NCBI RefSeq assembly: GCF_036365525.1
Contig: NC_090407.1
Coordinates: 12,653,441 to 12,717,440, forward strand
Direction of reading: 5' to 3'
Source: Heterodontus francisci
Taxonomy: Eukaryota
DNA: 64,000 nt
Below, in pieces: positions 58,430 to 64,000 of the stretch. Below the pieces are notes generated by a model. That model saw only the letters and a program-made list of their open reading frames with translations, was not told the DNA's origin and searched no databases. The number at the start of each line of letters is the position of its first letter. The stretch's first letter is position 1. A program made the translations under genes and the position numbers.

Positions 58430-60570
58430 ACTTGCCTGGATGAGTGCAGCTCCAACAACACTCAAGAAGCTCAACACCATCCAAGACAAAGCAGCCTGAT
58501 TGATCAGCACCCCATCCACCACCTTAAGCATTCACTCCCTCCACCATCAGCACACAGTGGCAGCAGTGTGTACCATCTACAGGATGCACTGCAGCAACTC
58601 ACCAAGCCTCTGTTGACAGCACCTTCCAAACCCACAAAGTCTACCACCTAGAAGTTCATGGACAGCAAATGCATGGAAGCACCACCACCTGCAGGTTCCC
58701 CACCAAGTCACACAACATCCTGACTTGGAACTATCTAATTGTTAATTCACTATAACTGGGTCAGTGGTTAAAAAGGGCAGCCCACCACGACATTTTCAAG
58801 GGCAATTAGGGTTGGGCAAAAATGCTGGTATTGCCAGCGATGCTCACAACCCATAAATGAATAATTTAAAAAAAATACGTGACGGATCCTCCAGCATTGA
58901 TCTGGCACTAGACACAACAAAGGCACACCCAGCCCAGTTAACCCTGTAAAGTTCCTCAGTAATATCTGGGGACCTGCTAAAATGGGAGAGCTGTCCCACA
59001 AAATAGTCAAGCACAGCCTGACATAGATATACTCACAGAATTATACCTTTCAGTCAAAGTCCAGATTCCTCCATCACCATCCTTTCTCACTGGCAGGGCA
59101 GACCCACCAGAGGACAATGGTTTACAGTTGGAAGGGAATAATGGCCCTGAGAATCCTCAGAATTGATTCTGGACTCCATGATGTCTCATGGCATCAGGTC
59201 AAACACAGGGAAGAAAATTCCCCTCCTGATAATCACCTACTGCCCTCCCACAGCAGATGAATCAATACTCCATGTTGAACACCACTTGGAAGAAGCACTG
59301 AGGGTCGTAAGGGCACAGAATGTACTCTGGGTGGGTGATTTCAATGTCCTAGCCAGATTCGCCCACATTCCATGTCCATCATCAAGAGTGGCTTGTTAAC
59401 ACTACTACTGACTGAGGTGGCTGCATCCTGAAGGACAAAACTGGGCCTGTGGCAGCGGATGAGAGAAACAACATGAGGGAAAAACCTACTTGACCTCATC
59501 CTCACCAATCTACCTGACACAGATACATCTGTCCATGACAGTATTGGTGGAATGATCACCACACAGTCCCATTTTCATACTGAGGCCACACTCTATCATG
59601 TTGTATGGGGCTACCACTGTGCTAAATGGGATAGATTCAGAACAGATCTCGCAGCTCAAAAATGGGCATCCATGAGGCACTGCGACCATCAGCAGCAGCA
59701 GAATAGTATTCCACTACACTTTGTAACTTCATTGGCCAGCATATCCCTCTCTCTACCATTACCAACAGTTCAGGGGATCAACCCTCGTTCATTGAGATAT
59801 ATAGAAGAACATGCCAGGTGCAGCACCTGCCATATCTAAAAATGAAGTCCCAACCTGAAGAAGTACAGCTCAGGCTAAAAGCAAGCTATGGACAGAGCTA
59901 AGTGATCCCACAACCTATGGTAAAATCAAAGCTCTGCAGTCCTGCCATGTCCAGTTGTGAATGGTGGTGGACATGTAAACAACTAACAGGAGGAAGAGGT
60001 TGCATGAACATTGCCATCCTCAATGATGGCAGAGCCCAGCACGCGAGTGGAAGTGACAAGGCTAAAGCATTTGCAACCATCTTCAGCCAGAAGTGCCAAG
60101 CGGATAATCCATCTCAGCCTCCTCCTGAGGTTCTGACCATCACAGAAGCCAGTCTTCAGCCAATTCAATCCACTGCATGTGATATTAAGAAATAGCTGAG
60201 TCCACTGGATACAGCAAAAACTATGGGCCCTGACACCATCCTGGCTGCAGTGCTAAAGATTTGTGCTCCAGAACTAGCCATGCTTCTAGCCAAGCTTTTT
60301 CAGTACAATTATAACACTGGTATCTACCCAACAAAGTGAAATATTGCCCAGATATATCCTTTCCACAAAAAGCAGGACAAATCCAATCTGGCCAATTACC
60401 ACCCTATCAGTCTACTCTCAATCATCAACAAAGTGATGGAAGGGGTCATCAATATTGCTATCAAGTGGCACTTACTCATCAATAACCTGCTCATCCCTAA
60501 TTGCCCTTGAGATGGGCAATATATGCTGGCCTAGTCAGCGATGCCCACATCCCAGCAACTAATAAAAATA
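58430..60570 (+). mobile_element. second-family LINE pieces in permuted order (3' end 58430-58875, APE/RT start 58880-60490, short tail to 60570)
   Basis: reverse-complement homology to 50306-53150; VLWVGDFNV, KAKAFATIFSQKC. Confidence 0.85.
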
Positions 60571-61114
60571 AGGTGGATAACAGGGACAGAGTCCCAGACA
60601 TGGACAGGGTGGAGTTGGATTGAAAACAGTAGCAGTGAGTCTCACAGGTTTACAGGGTGGGACTTACTGCCCCTATATCAAACCTTCTCATCTTTCTACA
60701 ACTAAAACTAGCATCACCAGTTGCTTTATTATCTCCACTTAACCCCTCACGTTTGGTGTGACAAGTGAGAAAGGTCAATCACACATTTCATTTCAGTTTC
60801 AACTTCAACCCATTCCAGTGGTTCTATCGCAAGTATTTTTAATTGTGTATATTTTGTTATGTTATTTCCTATGTATAAAGTACTCCATCTATATTCCTGG
60901 AGTGAGATGGCTGTGAATGCTTATGACACAAGCTACAAAATTTTAAATTGAAACCAATAAACACCAGAATTACCTACTGACCCATTAATCTGCCTTGTCT
61001 ACGGTCTCCAACTTACTAGCATGAATACTATGAGGTAGACTAGCAACTTGCCAAGTTGTAAAACTTGTGATAGTTTCTTTAATAGGTGGCAATTCCTCAA
61101 TGCCAGTTTTATTC

Positions 61115-61660
61115 CTGGGTGACATATTGAACATTTACCCACCATCTGTCCTGACAAGTCTTGGTCATCAATAACTTGGTATGGGTCTCGGCAGGGCTGG
61201 CAAATTTCAACCACCAAAGTACTGTCATTGGTACTGGAAGGCTTGACAAGACTAACTTACAAGTAAATTAGCAAAGATATTGGCAGTTTTGTCACTTTTC
61301 ACTCATCAATATATTAGTACTTGCAAGCTTAAGGTGTTTCACTGACCAATATATTATCTTTGGGCTGGCAGATTTGGTAAGTCTTAGTGACCAATATATT
61401 GTGACTGTCATTGTGAGGCTTTGAGTCTAACATAGTGAAATATTTGACATCTTGGCAGATCTACCTACTTTCACTGCCCTATATATTGCCATTGAAATAT
61501 GCAAGCTTGAGCAGAATCATTGACCAGTCTATTGTCATCGATACTGGCAGGCTTAGCAAGTCTCATTGACCAGTATATTGTCATTGGCAGTAATGAGTTT
61601 ATGAGTCTCACTTACTAAAATATTCTGTGGATTTCTGAAGGCCTGTTGAGCTTCACACAT
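61115..61660. repeat. highly diverged ~46-bp tandem array
   Basis: unit approx. cactgaccaatatattgtcattgatactggcaggcttagcaagtct, starts near 61208, 61254, 61300, 61340, 61385, 61472, 61518, 61564 and 61609. Confidence 0.75.
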
Positions 61661-61729
61661 TTTGAATGTACCTTGGCTAAAATGTGATCTTTTTTCTAAT
61701 GTCTTCCACTTTGAATATTGAAAAAATCT

Positions 61730-61882
61730 TTATATTTAAGTGAATGTGGCATTGGTTTTCTCTTTGTTCTTGCAGAATCACAAAGGCGAATCATGTAGCC
61801 TTGATGTCTCTACAGTGAAGGTCTAAAATATGTGACCCACTTTAACTGGAAGAGGCTGGTGCAAAGGTCACAGTGGTATACC
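61730..61882 (+). repeat. copy 1 of a ~155-bp direct duplication containing a splice-acceptor-like site
   Basis: ttggttttctctttgttcttgcag|aatcacaaaggcgaatcatgtagccttgat. Confidence 0.85.
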
Positions 61883-62477
61883 TTGCAGCACCTTAACCCA
61901 GCACTACATGCATGGAGAACCTGTTTGGTTAAAGTTTGCACATCAAATCAAATAGCCTGTGGCGTTGGATATTTCACATCAAAACCATAGGTTCCCTTAC
62001 CATGCCATGTTAGTGTATTACAGACAGGGTCAACACTCAGCCAAAGTTAAAAATCAAACGAGAGTAAACGGATATGACATGGATTAGGGAGAACTAGTGT
62101 CTTGCTCAGATTCACCTTAGTGTTTGTTTAATTGCTTGTAGACTGTGCCTACACATACAGGCCATGTGTTGTGATTCTCTGGCAATGGGATGCACATGTT
62201 ACAAACTATGGTCTGGCTCAGAGCTCTTGAGGCAATCAAAGGCAGATGTGCAACACATTGTTTCTGGGAGAAGTGGTTTGGCCACTAAGACACATGGACT
62301 ACAGAGTAAGTGTTGTTCATTGTACTGAAAATGGTCTCAGAGAACTCAACCCATTTAAAGAAACTGGTGTCTGTGATGTTGTCCCATTCGGCTTGGGTTT
62401 TATATTAGGCTGCTCATTAAAATGAGATGTAGCTGGTGTAAGAGGTAAGCAGTTGTTCTTTAAAGCATTCCAAGGTT

Positions 62478-62705
62478 ACATACGAACATTCGAATTTGGA
62501 GCAGGAGTAGGCCACTCGGCCCCTTTGAGCCTGCTCCGCCATTCAATAAGATCATGGCTGATTTGATTGTAACCTTGACTCCACATTCCTGCCTACCCCC
62601 AATAACCTTTCATCCCCTTGCTTATCAAGAATCTATCTATCTCTGCCTTAAAAATATTTAAAGACTCTGCTTCCACTGCCTTTTGAAGAACAGAGTTATA
62701 AAGAG
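62478..62705 (-). mobile_element. CR1 3' end
   Basis: closely similar to 11821-12020. Confidence 0.85.
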
Positions 62706-63153
62706 TAAAGCAACCGAAGTAATGTTTTATCTATAAGCCTAAGTTAAGCCACATTACATATTATAAAGGATACTTTCCCCTGTTTAGTTATATTGCCCTG
62801 TTTCTCTCCCACACTCTCTTAATGGTGTTGATCCATGCTGAGATATGGCTTCATGGATGCCTACCAGAACCTCATTAAAGTGTCTATTCTTCAGTGAGTG
62901 TTATCAGGCTATTTACCTGTGGCCTTATCCTTTCTTTACCAACAGATGCTTCCTAGCAAGGGGATCTCTGGCTGATTTTTCTCTCCATAGCCCAGAGCCT
63001 CATGCAGTGATATATGAGGTTCCCTATGTGTTTGGGGAAGGGAAGGTATGCAGGATGGAGGCGGTGGGGGTGGTGTGGGTGAGGGGAAGGAATTTCTGGA
63101 CAATCGATTGATGATTTGACCAACTGTATTATAAGGCAATTAATTTTAAAAAC

Positions 63154-63309
63154 TTATATTTAAGTGAATGTGAGAATTGGTTTTCTCTTTGTTCTTACAG
63201 AATCTCAAAGGCGAATCATGTAGCCTTGATCTGTCCACAGTGAAGGCTTCAAATATGTGGCAGGCCTTTTAACTGGAAGAGGCTGGTACAAAGGACACAG
63301 TGATTACCA
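63154..63309 (+). repeat. copy 2 of the ~155-bp direct duplication
   Basis: ttggttttctctttgttcttacag|aatctcaaaggcgaatcatgtagccttgat, 1425 bp after copy 1. Confidence 0.85.
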
Positions 63310-63580
63310 TTCAGAGCTGTACACATGTTTCAGTGAAAACAAGTTTAGACCCCCTTCCTCACGTTCAAATTGCTTGCCAATATGCACTGTGTAGGTTCTT
63401 GGATATAGAATATTGAGGACAATTGTACTTTCCCTCTGCCATTAGCCTGGCTCAGACAGTTCACCCAGTCTGAGGTTTTTGGCCCGTGGGGTTTGGGTTT
63501 ACACTGAGTCATCAGGAAATGATCAGTTGCAGAATGACTCCCAGCACCTGTTCCACCCACAACACACCTCCCCTCTAAGA

Positions 63581-63650
63581 GGTGCAGGCTAGCTTTAAGC
63601 AGTACAGGCTGACTTTAAGCAGTGCAGGGTTGCTTTAAGTAGTGCAAGTT
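63581..63650. repeat. 20-bp minisatellite, about 3.5 copies
   Basis: agtgcaggct..ctttaagc repeated at 63581, 63601, 63621 and 63641. Confidence 0.8.
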
Positions 63651-64000
63651 ACTGACGATATTGAGCCCCCCGCTAATGTGAGAAGCCAATATACATCTGG
63701 TTAGTGCTGGTTGAATTCAGAAATCATAATGAGCAGGCAGCACAAAGGTGACATGCTGCCTGCATTACACTGAACGGGCATGGGTTAATCGTGCATCGCA
63801 ATCCCCGTGCCCGTTTTTGGGGGCTATCCAATTTAACCCCCAACATGTCTCAAGATGCTTCACAGGTATATAATCAGACAAAAATTGGCACCGAGCCAAA
63901 GAAGTTAGTACAGGTGACTTAAAATTTGATCAAAGAATAGGTTAGAAGCCGGGTCATAAAGGAGCAGAGAGAAGTACAGAAGTGAATAGGTTTTGGGAGG

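Noticed and set aside
61115-61660. CRISPR-like array
   Set aside because: Eukaryotic context, whole units are homologous with no unique spacers, and no cas genes.

Overview
Eukaryotic, repeat-rich vertebrate DNA, most likely from a cartilaginous fish (shark), judging by HE1-type V-SINE, Deu-domain SINE, CR1, L2, RTE, Penelope and PIF/Harbinger repeats. All family names come from recognition, not a database search, and most repeat boundaries are approximate. Only one convincing host CDS is present: an intronless, TM-less four-Ig (V-C-V-C) B7/CD276-like gene on the minus strand (9416-10804). A CpG-rich promoter and non-coding first exon of a leftward gene lie at about 2.65-2.97 kb, with an X-box and a forkhead motif. 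Several TAAT-rich non-coding blocks look like enhancers. Main observations: (1) a 4.6-kb RTE insertion (23405-28030) bounded by an 11-bp TSD, with a twin-priming 5' inversion, carrying a 5'-transduced first coding exon plus intron of a SUB1/PC4-like gene; (2) the apparently secreted single-exon B7-like protein; (3) Penelope-type minimal hammerhead ribozyme motifs of two families; (4) an ORF1-less LINE starting with a tRNA-derived SINE head; (5) a compositionally foreign hAT MITE nested in a Harbinger element; (6) a duplicated acceptor/terminal-exon-like module next to a diverged 46-bp array. Most other ORFs in the track are TE fragments or chance frames.
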